Below, in pieces: positions 22,795 to 34,100 of a DNA stretch of 64,000 bases (within the stretch, counting starts at the first letter, position 1; every line of letters starts with the position of its first letter). The notes below the pieces were generated by a model. The model was not told where the DNA came from, did no database searches, and saw nothing but the letters and a program-made list of their open reading frames with translations. The DNA is from a bacterium (GTDB lineage: Bacteria > Electryoneota > Electryoneia > Electryoneales > Electryoneaceae). The position numbers and the translations under genes were made by a program. The stretch is from assembly GCA_963669175.1 (NCBI GenBank), contig OY769902.1, positions 1,271,240 to 1,335,239 of the forward strand, written 5' to 3'.

Positions 22795-25700
22795 CTATTT
22801 CAACAACATCATCTTCACAGTACGTTGATATCCCTGGTCGGTTTTCATCCTCAGGAAGTACACACCGCTGGACAAGCCGGCGCCGTCAAAATGAAGGTTG
22901 TGGTACCCGGGACGCATCTCGCCCTGTTGCAAAGTGGTGACCTGACGGCCGAGAATATCGAATACGATCAATTCAACGTGCGCCGCTTTGGGCAGGGCGA
23001 ACTGCACAATGGCGGACTCGTTAAACGGGTTCGGGTAGGGTTGATCCAGGGCAAACTCTTTCGGCAGACCGTCGTCAACCTCACTGCCCGGAACACCATC
23101 GAAATCAACGATCAGTCGCATGAAAATGCTGTCCGCCGGTTCGAACCCGTCATGCTCGAACTTGATATACCCGGTATAGGTGCCGTTCTTCAGGGTTTCG
23201 CCATCAAAAATGGCATCAATGACATTGTATTCAGTGGGCTCCAGGTACATGTACGGGGGATCCAGTTCCACCCAGGGCACCTGTACATCCCATTCCCAGC
23301 CAACCAGGTGATCACGTCCCTCCACCTTTGAGATTCCGAAACCTATCTGGTAGTACCCCTGGAAGCCTTCCGCGAAGGAGAATCCGTAAACCTCCTGGTT
23401 GCCGGTAGCAAGTGTGTCGACGAACACGGTTTCACCGGTTGTGGGGTTCATCTTGTATAGCTTGCCGAACAGGTTGTCCTCACGGCAGGTGATCCAGAGC
23501 GTGAAACCATCCTGGCGTGGACCGAGATAGCCCAGTCCATTGATACGGGTGTAGAGGTCTATCTCGTCAAGTACTTCACCATCTTCAGGGTCCATAGCTA
23601 CGATGTTGTGCATGTAATCGGCAACATACAGGATGTCGTTATAATCATCGTAGGCGATTGCACGGTTGGGCGTATACGGCCCTTCGAAGCTTCTGACCGT
23701 TTCACCGTGTGTGGGGTCCATGCCATAAATCATGTTGTTATCGCTGCCCCAGAGCAAGTCATCTCCAAACGCCAAATCATGCATCCCGGTACTGCTGGCG
23801 TCAGGGTTGTCGCTGCCTGCCTGGTCATACGATCCGAGGTATTCGCCATCTTCATTGATCATGTAAATCTTGTTCGGATTGATATACATGTTCGAACCGG
23901 CAATGTAGAAAATCCCGTTATGATACGCGGCCCCGTTCAAGCGTGTATCACCGGTCAGTTCAGAAGCGTCAAGAGCAAAAACCGGGTCCATGAACTCATC
24001 GAGTTCAATGATCGGCAATGGTGTCATGGAAATAGTCAAGCCACCGTTGCCGTTGTTCGTGATCCTGAACTCTTCATTGGCCGTGAATTCATTGTCAAGG
24101 GTGACAACCAGGCTTTCGGTATCTGCTGTAAAGATCCCGACCTGCAGAATTACATTGACGGTTGTAGTATCCTGTGAGATGATCTCAACGCTTTCCTCAA
24201 CATGTACATGGTACGGTGGCAGATTGTACTCGACAGCTTGCGTACCCATGAGGGCATCCATCTGGTACCAGCCATGGGCGTCGGTCAAGGATTCGTAGAC
24301 AGTTCCCGGAAGGGAGACGTGTACGTTTTCAACCGGCTCACCAGTGTTTCCGTCCACAACCAGCCCCTCAAGAATACCGATAGGGAACTGGGCGTTGGCG
24401 ATAGCGGAATCACACATGATACGGCCTGCGCCGTAGTCGTTATCTTTGCCCGGATTTCCAAGATCAAGCCCTGAAATCTGGAGGATAGAATCGATGTGGA
24501 CAGGCAGCAATTCCCAGTTTTTACTCAACAGGAGCGCACAGACACCGGCAATATGAGGGGTTGCCATGGAAGTGCCGCTCATGGTGGTATAACCGCCATT
24601 CATTGAGCAGCTCAGCACATCTTCACCCGGCGCGGCGATATCAGGGCGAATCAGGCCCGGGTCTGCACCGTTATTGTAAACCCAGTCTTCATAATCATCT
24701 ACGCTTTCCCAGGTACAGGGGCCACGACTGGAGAAGCTGGCATACATATCCTGATCATCTGTTGCGCCTACGGAAATAACACCACCACGTTCGCCTTCAC
24801 CGGTCTCATCGGGGTTGCGCCAGGGAGAAGGCACATTGCCGGGGGTACGGCAGGAGTTGGGCGGTTGTGTACTGCGTTCGTTACCCGCGGCAACGATATT
24901 GGTAATGCCTGCGGCGTCGAGTACTTCATAAGCCTGACGCCAGGCGGTCTTGTCCGGGTTCCAACCTTCGATATAGCCCATGGACATGCTGGTAACATCC
25001 ACTTCATGCTCCAGGGCAAAATCCTGGGCATCCCAGACCGTCTGCTGGGCGGATTCATCAATGGACAAGGATACCCGTAGCGCCATCAACGTGGCATCCG
25101 GCGCAACTCCTGTCGCATACTGACCGGTGCCGTCTCCGCAGATACTCCCGGAACAGTGGGTTCCATGACCGTTCTGGTCCATGGGGTCATTATCATTGTC
25201 TCCGAAGTCGTAGCCATGATTGGGGTACTCATCCCCGCCATCCCACATGTGGTCAGCGAGATCCTCATGGTTGTAATTCACACCGGAGTCAATAATGCCC
25301 ACCAGAACACTGTCACCGGTAAAGCCCTGTTCCCAGACTTCCGGCGCATTAATCATCTCAACAGACCAGACCAGCTCGTCCAGCTCATTGTTGCCCACAT
25401 CCGGGCCCTGCTCAGCAAACCACAACGGACGAGGGATATCCGGGATTACTCGATCAACATCTGCACGTGCGGCCAGCTCACGGATGACTTCTTCGGTAGC
25501 GTGTATACCAACAGCATTCAAGATTTCCAGGGAACGGAAGGATTCAACGCTTCCTTCGCGGAATCGTTTGTCGAGTTGCTCCAGGATGTCCTGCTGACAA
25601 CGCTCGGCACGCTGGTTAACCAGCCGCCAGACGATGCGTGTTCGTTCTTTGCGTGGCAATCCTTCCACGGCAAAGCGATACCCTTCGATGTCAGGGCCTT

Positions 25701-25863
25701 CTTTCATGAAAGCGACGGCGTAAAACAACTCGCCATCCTGACCATCTTCCAGCATTCTTCCAGCTTCAACAGTGAGATAACCAGCTTGAACGGCGACCGT
25801 CAACGTCAGCAGTAATGCAATAACTGCTGTGAGGAGGACGCCGGATCTCAGTCTCGCGTACAT
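22795..25863 (-). CDS. Secreted subtilisin-like serine protease (S8) with T9SS C-terminal sorting domain
   Basis: The track ORF runs to 25932; ATG 25863 gives the signal peptide MYARLRSGVLLTAVIALLLTLTVAVQA. Catalytic triad motifs are VGIIDSGV, HGTHCSGSI and SGTSMATPHIAG. The C-terminus NPFNESAIVQFALP..GVYFLRMKT..MMLLK looks like a T9SS type-A domain. Confidence 0.9.
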   Translation of the reverse strand: MYARLRSGVLLTAVIALLLTLTVAVQAGYLTVEAGRMLEDGQDGELFYAVAFMKEGPDIEGYRFAVEGLPRKERTRIVWRLVNQRAERCQQDILEQLDKRFREGSVESFRSLEILNAVGIHATEEVIRELAARADVDRVIPDIPRPLWFAEQGPDVGNNELDELVWSVEMINAPEVWEQGFTGDSVLVGIIDSGVNYNHEDLADHMWDGGDEYPNHGYDFGDNDNDPMDQNGHGTHCSGSICGDGTGQYATGVAPDATLMALRVSLSIDESAQQTVWDAQDFALEHEVDVTSMSMGYIEGWNPDKTAWRQAYEVLDAAGITNIVAAGNERSTQPPNSCRTPGNVPSPWRNPDETGEGERGGVISVGATDDQDMYASFSSRGPCTWESVDDYEDWVYNNGADPGLIRPDIAAPGEDVLSCSMNGGYTTMSGTSMATPHIAGVCALLLSKNWELLPVHIDSILQISGLDLGNPGKDNDYGAGRIMCDSAIANAQFPIGILEGLVVDGNTGEPVENVHVSLPGTVYESLTDAHGWYQMDALMGTQAVEYNLPPYHVHVEESVEIISQDTTTVNVILQVGIFTADTESLVVTLDNEFTANEEFRITNNGNGGLTISMTPLPIIELDEFMDPVFALDASELTGDTRLNGAAYHNGIFYIAGSNMYINPNKIYMINEDGEYLGSYDQAGSDNPDASSTGMHDLAFGDDLLWGSDNNMIYGMDPTHGETVRSFEGPYTPNRAIAYDDYNDILYVADYMHNIVAMDPEDGEVLDEIDLYTRINGLGYLGPRQDGFTLWITCREDNLFGKLYKMNPTTGETVFVDTLATGNQEVYGFSFAEGFQGYYQIGFGISKVEGRDHLVGWEWDVQVPWVELDPPYMYLEPTEYNVIDAIFDGETLKNGTYTGYIKFEHDGFEPADSIFMRLIVDFDGVPGSEVDDGLPKEFALDQPYPNPFNESAIVQFALPKAAHVELIVFDILGRQVTTLQQGEMRPGYHNLHFDGAGLSSGVYFLRMKTDQGYQRTVKMMLLK

Positions 25864-26075
25864 GATGAACTCCGGCTCGTAGATGTTCAAACGACACTGG
25901 ATACCCTCTTTGTACATCCAGTGCGAATACACTAATATAAATAATATAAGGTCATCAGGAGATTATTGCTCAGGGACACTCTCAAAAAGCAGGAAATGGC
26001 TCGAAAAAATGAAGTAACTGTCGTGGAGGATTCCGGAAGCGAAGCAGATACATCTGCCAAAAGGAAGCAAAATGT

Positions 26076-26407
26076 GGCTGTTCACAAGAATTTGTGCATA
26101 TTATCGACGAGCACGTTTTGTCAGGTCTTGACGTGATGCCTTTTCTTGTTCTTCTCCGTAATTTCAGATATCTGTCCGACTTCACACCTGCTATTTCGCA
26201 TGATAGATCGTCATCAGGCGTCACGTTGTGACCTGACGACAGCGAGAGTGCTGATACCGGTGGCAGGTCACAACGCGACAATAACAGGACGAGAGGCGGT
26301 TTCAGTATCATCGTGCATTCAGGAATACATAGCGAAAGCTGAAAACGTAAAGTCGCGTCAAGAACTGCCACAACATTGCCCTGATGCACAAATTTTTGTG
26401 AGGAATT
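26076..26407 (-). mobile_element. Family A element, copy A3 (full length)
   Basis: TIRs are GGCTGTTCACAAGAATTTGTGCAT and ATGCACAAATTTTTGTGAGGAATT. The flanks are CAAAATGT / CAAAATAA (6 of 8 identical). Confidence 0.9.
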
Positions 26408-26411
26408 CAAA

Positions 26412-26446
26412 ATAAAAAACCCGCACCTCTAAAAAGAGATGCGGGT
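26412..26446 (-). terminator. Rho-independent terminator downstream of tRNA-Ser
   Basis: The minus strand has a 12-bp stem ACCCGCATCTCT / AGAGGTGCGGGT (one mismatch) followed by TTTTTTAT. Confidence 0.7.
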
Positions 26447-26478
26447 TTCTTTACATGCCGCCTAAGGCGGTCTCCCGG

Positions 26479-26566
26479 CGGAGAGGGTGGGATTCGAACC
26501 CACGGTGGGCTTGTGACCCACACTCACTTAGCAGGCGAGCACCTTCGGCCTCTCGGTCACCTCTCC
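26479..26566 (-). tRNA. tRNA-Ser (anticodon GCU)
   Basis: My own fold of the minus strand follows. Acceptor GGAGAGG/CCTCTCC; D stem ACC/GGT; anticodon stem CTCGC/GTGAG with loop CT-GCT-AA. There is a long variable arm TGTGGGTCACAAGCCCACC, a T arm GTGGG-TTCGAAT-CCCAC and discriminator G. Length 88 nt; CCA is not fully encoded. Confidence 0.9.
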
Positions 26567-26865
26567 GATTGCCTGCCCAAGCCGTAAAAGTAAGAGAATC
26601 CTCTTCCCGAGGCAAATACTCTCTGGGCGAGTGGAGACAGGTCAGGGCAGCTCGCTTATCATCCCAAAGATTCAGCCCAACACTCACGCGAAAAATAAAC
26701 TTAGTGTCTACATATTAATGGTTTAAAAAAATCAGCCTTGAAGTGAGAGATAGTCAAATTAGCAAAAAGGAAATAAAATCCAAAATAATCAAAAACTGGT
26801 ATATCCTTTGCCATATTTGTCAGCAACAGGGAATACCAGTCCCAATGTGATACAGGGAACCGACC

Positions 26866-27345
26866 ATGTCGCTGTCATTCGGCACAAATTCAGAAAGGGA
26901 AGTGAGCTATTCTCTTTGCAGGAGTTTTCAGGGAGATATCGATCCGGGAAAGATTGCCGACAGTTTCCTTGCCGGGAATCAAACCCCGGATGAGTTTATC
27001 ACCAGCCTGGTCAACCTGATGCCGTGCAAATTGGATCGTGCAAACGGGTGCCGAACTCACCTGGTCTCAACTCTGGACATCGCCAATATCATCATTGATG
27101 CATTGAAAGAGCGGATTTCCGGATCTGGCAAAGAAATGTTGATCGACTGGATGCACAGCAGGGGACTGGAAATGCATATTATTGCCCGAAACCGGAAACT
27201 GGATAGAATCAACCCGCTGAAGTATCTGCTTGAAGACAGTGATTTTTTTCTGCATCCCCATGAAACTTACCTCGAACTTCTGGAAGATGTCCGGCAACTT
27301 GCAAAAGCCTGGCATATGATCCTGGCCTCCACGAATGTTCATTGA
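26866..27345 (+). CDS. Hypothetical protein
   Basis: 159-aa ORF in an otherwise ORF-poor region with coding-like composition. No motif recognised. Confidence 0.4.
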   Translation: MSLSFGTNSEREVSYSLCRSFQGDIDPGKIADSFLAGNQTPDEFITSLVNLMPCKLDRANGCRTHLVSTLDIANIIIDALKERISGSGKEMLIDWMHSRGLEMHIIARNRKLDRINPLKYLLEDSDFFLHPHETYLELLEDVRQLAKAWHMILASTNVH

Positions 27346-27601
27346 GTTTTGTTACAATCCCGACTTTGCCCATCAGTTTACGATTTCGAAAAGCCCTGTT
27401 TCTGAACCAGGTACACCTTGATATCAGCACCATCACTGGGCAAAATCAGGCCACCCGGTCGCAGGAGTAGGATAAGAAAGCATAGACATAGTTGTATTTT
27501 TACTCCGAAGGAGTTGGATAAGATTCAAAATGAATTGTGTTGCTTCATCAATTCAACCTTTATACAACCCTTTCAGGGTTGAAGTAGTGGTAGTTGTAAT
27601 A

Positions 27602-27639
27602 CCCCGGGTGCGTGCCAAACAGACGGCAAGTACCCGGGG
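27602..27639 (+). repeat. Family E hairpin, copy E3
   Basis: CCCCGGGTGCGTGCCAAACAGACGGCAAGTACCCGGGG. It is flanked by the inverted 19-mers ACTCCGAAGGAGTTGGATA (27505-27523) and TATCCAACTCCTTCGGAGT (27646-27664). Confidence 0.75.
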
Positions 27640-27659
27640 CTCACCTATCCAACTCCTTC

Positions 27660-27745
27660 GGAGTTGCCGGGCGGAGTTGCAGGCGGATCAGCCCTTTGGA
27701 GTTGCTATTCGGATTTGCCAGACGGAGTTGCCAGGCGGAGTTGCC
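27660..27745 (+). repeat. Five direct copies of GGAGTTGC
   Basis: Copies start at 27660, 27673, 27698, 27724 and 27737, giving spacings of 13, 25, 26 and 13 nt. Confidence 0.8.
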
Positions 27746-28073
27746 AGATCGCCGACAACAATCAAGCTTTTCAGTCCTGGCAGCTCTTGAAAGAAATGTC
27801 TCCTGTTTACGAAGTCAAATTGAGATAGTCAGCAGTTTGATCTCAAACACATACTTCTCTGATGCGATTTTTTTTCATTCAGTATAGACCAGTTTGATCC
27901 CCCTGCCCCCTCATCCTCTGAACCAATTTAACCCCACAGGAACCCCGGTTCTCGGAGTCTCTTTGTTAAACCCTTCCTGTTTGACGCGTCCATATAGAGA
28001 AGCTAATATGTAGCATCCTACAGATTAGGATTCGACATAGTTTTTAGTGTTTATTAATGTGGAAGATAGAGAG

Positions 28074-28517
28074 ATGCATAACAGCCAAAAGCATAACATC
28101 GGGCACACGGCGTTTCTCATGCACATGGCTTTCAGGAACCAGGTCACTGAGCGTATGAGTGAGCTTGGGCTGAACAAGGGTGAATCATTTGCCCTGATTT
28201 TCCTTTCAGTGCATGGGCCGGAATGCCTGGTTGACCTGGCGCATCATTTTGGGATTGCTCATCCCTCGATGTTGCGTCATGTTGATACGCTCGAGAAGAA
28301 TGGCCTGGTGGAGCGTGTTCCTGATCCGAGTGATCGGCGAAAAAAGAAGATCCAGATTACGGCCGCAGGGCGTGAAATGCTGCCCAAAGTCACGCAACAC
28401 TTGCAAGAGGTAAACGAAGAAGCGATCAAGGGGGTAAGTCCGGAAGATGTTGAACAGTTTGTGCATGTCATGGGAAAGATTATTGCAAACCTGAAACCGG
28501 AGACAAGTGACAAGTGA
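28074..28517 (+). CDS. MarR-family transcriptional regulator
   Basis: The track ORF starts at GTG 28047; the in-frame ATG is at 28074. The winged-HTH region is LVDLAHHFGIAHPSMLRHVDTLEKNGLVERVPDPSDRRKKKIQIT. Its stop overlaps the next gene's start (GTGA). Confidence 0.9.
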   Translation: MHNSQKHNIGHTAFLMHMAFRNQVTERMSELGLNKGESFALIFLSVHGPECLVDLAHHFGIAHPSMLRHVDTLEKNGLVERVPDPSDRRKKKIQITAAGREMLPKVTQHLQEVNEEAIKGVSPEDVEQFVHVMGKIIANLKPETSDK

Positions 28518-29974
28518 AACACGCCCACTTCAGAACCCGTAGATCGTGGCTACCAGGCATCCTGCTGCTATTGTTTGCAGTAGCAGGTTTATTCCCTGGC
28601 TGTGCCGGGTGGCGATCTGTGAGGGAACCTGAACCGCTTGAAACACCAGCAGAATTTCTAATGGCGGACAGTATACATGCCTGGCAGGATGAAGCATGGT
28701 GGCCGTCGTTCGGGGATACGACCCTGAACAAGCTGATGGATGAAGCGTTCAGTGAAAACCTGACCTTGAGCCAGAGCACTCAACGTCTGATGCAATACAA
28801 AGCAGCATTGACATCAGCCCGCGCCACCTGGTTTCCCGGCATTTCTGCTTCCGGCAGTTATACTGAATCGGATTACCTTGAGTCAGATAACAGCGCTCCC
28901 GCCACAGGCCAGAGCGGCGCGACAACGACTGTAAGTGTCGGCCTGACAGCGACCTATGAGATTGATCTGTGGGGAAAGCTGCACGCCAACCGTGGAGCGG
29001 CCTACGCTTCCTATCTGGCTGGCCGGGAAGATCTGCGGGCGCTAATACTGACTACATCCGCCAATGTTGCGCGCAGTTATTACACGATAGTGGAACTGAA
29101 GCAGCATCAGCAACTCCTGCAGAAAACAGTCCAGGCTTATACGGATAATTGCAACCTGATCAGGGAACGCTACGAACGTGGTGTGTCGGCATCGTCCGAT
29201 GTGTACCAGGCTCAGTCAACCCTGTCCAGTGCAAAGGCGCAACTGGCCCAGACGGAATCCAACCTTGCTGTCGCCGAGCATGCCCTGTCTGTATTGCTGG
29301 GTCGTTACCCGGAGACGGGAATCGTACCGGCTGATATCGAGTTGCCGATAGCCATTGAGGTTCCGCAACCGGGTATTCCCAGCGAATTGCTGAAAAGGCG
29401 TCCGGACGTGCAGGCGGCATACCAGAGCATGGTAGCTGCGGACCGTGAAGCTGCTGCGGCAGTAGCCAGCATGTTTCCTTCGATCAGTCTGACCGGAACA
29501 CTTACCGGAACAGGTGAAGATTTTGACGAAGCGACTGATCCCACCAATATCCTGTGGCGAGCGGTTGGCAGTGTAACCCAACCCCTTTTCCAGGGCGGTC
29601 AGTTATACGCCAATTCCAAGCGAGCAAGCGCGGTGTGGCGGGCATCGGTGGATGCCTATCGTCTGGCCGCGCTTAGCGCATTCCAGGATGTCGAGGACGC
29701 GCTTATCCAGGGCAAGAAGCAGCTCGAATATGTGCAGCATCTGGAAACGCAGACACGCGCCGCAGAAGCAACCCTGCGACTGGCAAGGGATAATTACCTG
29801 CAGGGGGTGACGAACTACCTGACGGTCGTGGTTGCGCAGAACAGCTACCTGACAGCGGAGCGAAACCTGATCAGTGGCAAGCGTGCATTGGTGGAAGCCC
29901 GTATCAGCCTGATTACCGCGCTTGGCGGCGGCTGGACGGAAGATGTGATTGAAAACCATCTGTCGATGGATTGA
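28514..29974 (+). CDS. RND efflux outer-membrane lipoprotein (NodT/TolC family)
   Basis: 486-aa ORF with the lipobox LFPG-C and two TolC-like repeats. It sits in the operon with the adaptor and permease. Confidence 0.9.
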   Translation: MKHAHFRTRRSWLPGILLLLFAVAGLFPGCAGWRSVREPEPLETPAEFLMADSIHAWQDEAWWPSFGDTTLNKLMDEAFSENLTLSQSTQRLMQYKAALTSARATWFPGISASGSYTESDYLESDNSAPATGQSGATTTVSVGLTATYEIDLWGKLHANRGAAYASYLAGREDLRALILTTSANVARSYYTIVELKQHQQLLQKTVQAYTDNCNLIRERYERGVSASSDVYQAQSTLSSAKAQLAQTESNLAVAEHALSVLLGRYPETGIVPADIELPIAIEVPQPGIPSELLKRRPDVQAAYQSMVAADREAAAAVASMFPSISLTGTLTGTGEDFDEATDPTNILWRAVGSVTQPLFQGGQLYANSKRASAVWRASVDAYRLAALSAFQDVEDALIQGKKQLEYVQHLETQTRAAEATLRLARDNYLQGVTNYLTVVVAQNSYLTAERNLISGKRALVEARISLITALGGGWTEDVIENHLSMD

Positions 29975-29990
29975 AAGAGGTGAGATAGAG

Positions 29991-31163
29991 ATGAGTCCCA
30001 AACTACGCAAATGGTTACGCCGGTTAATACCTCTGTTTATCGTTCTGTTTGGCGCAATGTCCATGATCGGCCTGGCCATGACCCGCAAGCGTCCTCAACG
30101 GCAGGAAGTGCATACAGCCGGAGCATTGGTGGATGTTATCAAGGTCAGCCAACAGAGCCGGAATGTCCTGATCGAAGGAACCGGCACTGTAGAACCACGC
30201 TACGAGATATCCCTGATTCCGCAGGTTTCCGGCAAGATCGAATGGGTGCATCCCAATTTCGAAGCGGGCGGCTGGTTCCACAAGGGCGACACGCTTGTTC
30301 AGATAGAAAAAAAAGATTATGAGCTGGCGGTACGTCAGGCCGAAGCCACAGTTGCACAAGCCCAATACCAGGAAATACTGGCGCGCGCCAATGCGGAAAT
30401 CGCCAAGCGCGAATGGGAAATCATGCAGGGACAAAGCGAGGACAATGCATCCAGTTCGCCTGATCCACTGGTGCTGCATGAACCGCAATTGCGTCAGGCT
30501 GAAGCATCCCTGCAATCTGCTGAAGCAGCGTTGGACAAAGCGAAGCTGAACCTGGAACGCACAGTTCTGACCGCTCCGTTTAACTGTATGGTTCGTTCGG
30601 AAAGCGCCGCAGTCGGGCAGTTGGTCAGCACGGCTACGGTCGTTGGCACACTGTACGACACTGGCATCGCTGAAATCGAAGTAACCATGCCGGTTTCCGA
30701 CCTGTTGTGGGTGCCGATTCCCAACGCGTATGCGCGTGTCGATTACAAAACAGGCAACAAAACGTACTCCTGGGATGGGCGAGTTGACCGTAAGATCGGT
30801 GTTGTTGATGAAGTCGGACGTATGGCGAGGCTGGTCGTGCAGGTCAAGAATCCTTTCTTTGCCAAAGGCGGAGATCGTCCCTCGCTTGATGTCGGCTCTT
30901 TTGTCAGTGTTGAGATTGAAGGACGCGAAATCGAGAATACCGTACCGCTACCACGTGCAGTAATCCATGAAAACAACCAGGTTTGGGTTGCCTTGCCGGA
31001 CAGCACTCTGGAATTCCGTGATGTAAGCCTGTATCGTCTGACCCCCGATGAAGCATTGATCGAAAGTGGTGTGAATGGCGGTGAAATGGTCGTTACAACC
31101 TCCATCACTGGCGCTGCGCCGGGTATGAAGCTCCGTATTCAGGATAACGGGGAGGAGCAATGA
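29991..31163 (+). CDS. RND efflux periplasmic adaptor (membrane fusion protein)
   Basis: The track ORF starts at 29949; ATG 29991 follows AGAGG and gives a TM anchor (MSPKLRKWLRRLIPLFIVLFGAM). It has a HlyD-like coiled coil and barrel. Confidence 0.9.
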   Translation: MSPKLRKWLRRLIPLFIVLFGAMSMIGLAMTRKRPQRQEVHTAGALVDVIKVSQQSRNVLIEGTGTVEPRYEISLIPQVSGKIEWVHPNFEAGGWFHKGDTLVQIEKKDYELAVRQAEATVAQAQYQEILARANAEIAKREWEIMQGQSEDNASSSPDPLVLHEPQLRQAEASLQSAEAALDKAKLNLERTVLTAPFNCMVRSESAAVGQLVSTATVVGTLYDTGIAEIEVTMPVSDLLWVPIPNAYARVDYKTGNKTYSWDGRVDRKIGVVDEVGRMARLVVQVKNPFFAKGGDRPSLDVGSFVSVEIEGREIENTVPLPRAVIHENNQVWVALPDSTLEFRDVSLYRLTPDEALIESGVNGGEMVVTTSITGAAPGMKLRIQDNGEEQ

Positions 31164-34100
31164 ACAGAGATAAAGGCCCAATCGCATACATGGCCTCAAA
31201 CCATGTAGCGGCCAATATGCTGATGCTGGTATTGGTGATTGGCGGGCTCGTCATCGGCAGTAGTATCAAGCAGGAAGTTTTTCCTGAAACCGAACTGGAT
31301 ATGGTGTTAGTTTCCGTGGCCTATCCGGGGGCGACACCCGCAGAAGTGGAAGAGGCGGTGGTACGGCCGGTTGAGCTTGCCATCAGTGGTGTTGATGATG
31401 TTAAAAAGGTAACCAGCTCAGCTAACGAGAGTGTTGGAACCATCACTGTTGAGGTGCTTGAAAACGGTGATGTGGATATGGTGTTGCAGGATGTAAAAAC
31501 CCAGATCGATCGTATTCGCACCTTCCCGGAAGAGGCCGAGCGTCCGGTTATCTCCAAGGTGATTCCTACACGACAGGTATTATCACTCATCATCTTTGGT
31601 GATGTGCCGGAACGGTCGTTGCGTGAAATTGCGGACCAGGTGAAAGATGACCTGCTGGCGAAAGAAAATATCACGCAGGTTACGCTGTCCGGCGCCCGTG
31701 AATACGAAATCTCCATTGAGATTCCCGAAGACAACCTGCGTAAGTATGGCTTGACCTTGCCCACAGTGGCCAGCATCGTAAGCCAGGCCTCCCTGGATAT
31801 GGCCGGTGGCACGATCAAAGATGAATCCGGTGAAGTCCTTATCCGGATCACCGAAAAACGCTACACCGGGACAGAATTCGACTCGGTGAAAGTCTTTACC
31901 ATGCCGGACGGACGCGAAGTCCTGTTAAAAGATATCGGTGTCGTCAAAGACAGTTTCGAAGAAAATGACATGGAGGTTCTGTTTGACGGCAAGCCATCCA
32001 TCATGGTTCAGGTATTCCGTGTCGGCGAACAAACCCCCAAAGAAGTATCGCAGACGGTCAAGGATTACGTTGCGTCTATTGAAGGACGTTATCCACCGAC
32101 TGTACAGTTTGAAATCTATAATGACAGTTCCGAGGTATTGCAATCCCGGATAGACCTGCTGCTGAACAACGGTATGCTGGGATTGATCCTCGTCGTTGTC
32201 ATCCTTTCCATGTTCCTGGAAATCAGGCTTGCGGTATTTGTGGCAATGGGTATTGTCATATCGTTCCTGGGCGCCATGCTGTTTATGCCGTCACTGGATG
32301 TTTCCATCAACATGATGAGCCTGTTCGCCTTCCTGATCATCCTGGGTATCGTGGTTGATGATGCCATTGTGGTGGGTGAAAATGTGCTGGTCCATCGAAG
32401 AATGGGCAAAAGCCTGTTGCGGGCCTCCATTGACGGTACTCGGGAAATGTCCATGGCCGTGGTTTTTGCCGGGCTGACAACCATCGCAGCCTTTGCCCCC
32501 CTGCTGTTTGTCGGTGGTTTCTTCGGCAAGTTCCTGGGCGTTGTGCCGGTGATTATCATTACCGTGCTGATCATTTCACTGGTTGAGTCCATTTTTATTC
32601 TTCCCGCCCACCTGAATGGCTGGCCTATCACCAGCAAAGCGCCGGTCTGGGACAAGATCGAAAACCAGCGGAAGCGTTTTGATGGATTCATTGGCTGGTT
32701 AATCGACAAGACTTATGTAGATTCACTCAAATGGAGCACCCGTAACCGGTATATCACTGTGGCGATAGCCATTGCGGTCATGCTGATCACATTTGGTATG
32801 TTTGCCGGTGGATTTATCAAGTTCAGCTTCATGCCTTCCATCGAGGCGGATGAAGTTGTAGTGACCCTGGAAATGCCTCCGGGCACAACATTCCTGGAAA
32901 CAAAAAAGCTGGCAGAGGAAATTGAGGCAATTGGCCGTGATCTGGTGGCAAAGTCGGACGCAGAACGTGGCGATGGACTTTCCAACCTGGAACACGTCTT
33001 TACCATTGTCGGGCAGAGTTTCAGTGGTGGTGGTCATCGTGGTGGATCAAATACGACATCGTCGAACCTGGCCCAGATTCGCCTGCTGTTGACCGACCCG
33101 GATGTTCGCACAATCAGCTCACCTGTACTGGCATCCAAGTGGCGAGAAGCCGTTGGTGATGTGCCCGGTGTCGAACGTCTGCAATTCCGTAGCGATTTGA
33201 TCAACTCAAGCGCGGACATGGAAGTACAGCTAAGTCATACGGATTTTGACGTGTTACTGGCTGCTTCCGAACGACTGAAATCCATGCTGTCCGAATATGC
33301 CGGCATGCAGGAAGTGGATGACAGTTACACCGAAGGCAAGCGTGAGCTGAAACTGAAGCTTCGTCCCGAAGCAGCTTCGCTTGGCATTACGGAAGCCAGC
33401 CTGGCTCAGCAGGTGCGTGGCGCGTTTTACGGGTCGGAAGTTGCACGAATCCAGCGTGGTGAAAACGAAGTAAAAGTAATGGTGCGCTACCCGGAAGAGG
33501 ATCGCAGAACCTTGATGAGTATAGAAAAAATGCGCATCCGTACAGCTTCCGGTGAAGAAATACCCTTCAAGCAGGCCGCCTATATTGATGAAGGACGCGG
33601 GTACAGTACCATCCAGCGAACAGACAGACGCAGGGTTGTCAGTGTAACAGCTTCGGTGGACAAACGCACTGCCAATGTGGACGATATCATGGCGGACCTG
33701 GAATCAACCATGTTACCGAAATTGCTGTCTTATTATCCCGGGTTGGCCTACAGTTTCGAGGGACGGAGCCTGGATCAGAAAGAGTCACTGCAAAGCATTC
33801 TTCGCGCGGAAGGTTTCGGCCTGTTCCTGATCTTTGCTTTGCTGGCAATTCCATTCCGAAGCTTCTTCCAACCGTTGATCGTGATGAGCGCGATCCCGTT
33901 TGGTGTTATCGGCGCAGCCATTGGGCATCTGTTGCTTGGCTATCCGATTACCATGATTTCCATGTGGGGTATTGTCGCGTTGACCGGGGTTGTCGTGAAC
34001 AGTTCGCTGGTGATGATCGATTTCATTAATCGTGGACGTGCTGATGGAATGGATGTGGTTGAGGCGGTTCACGAATCAGGACGACGTCGGTTCCGTCCAA

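Noticed and set aside
26076-27345. Genomic island integrated at tRNA-Ser.
   Set aside because: There is no integrase and I could not find a direct repeat of the tRNA 3' end. The neighbouring DNA is a terminator, a family A copy and one unassigned ORF.
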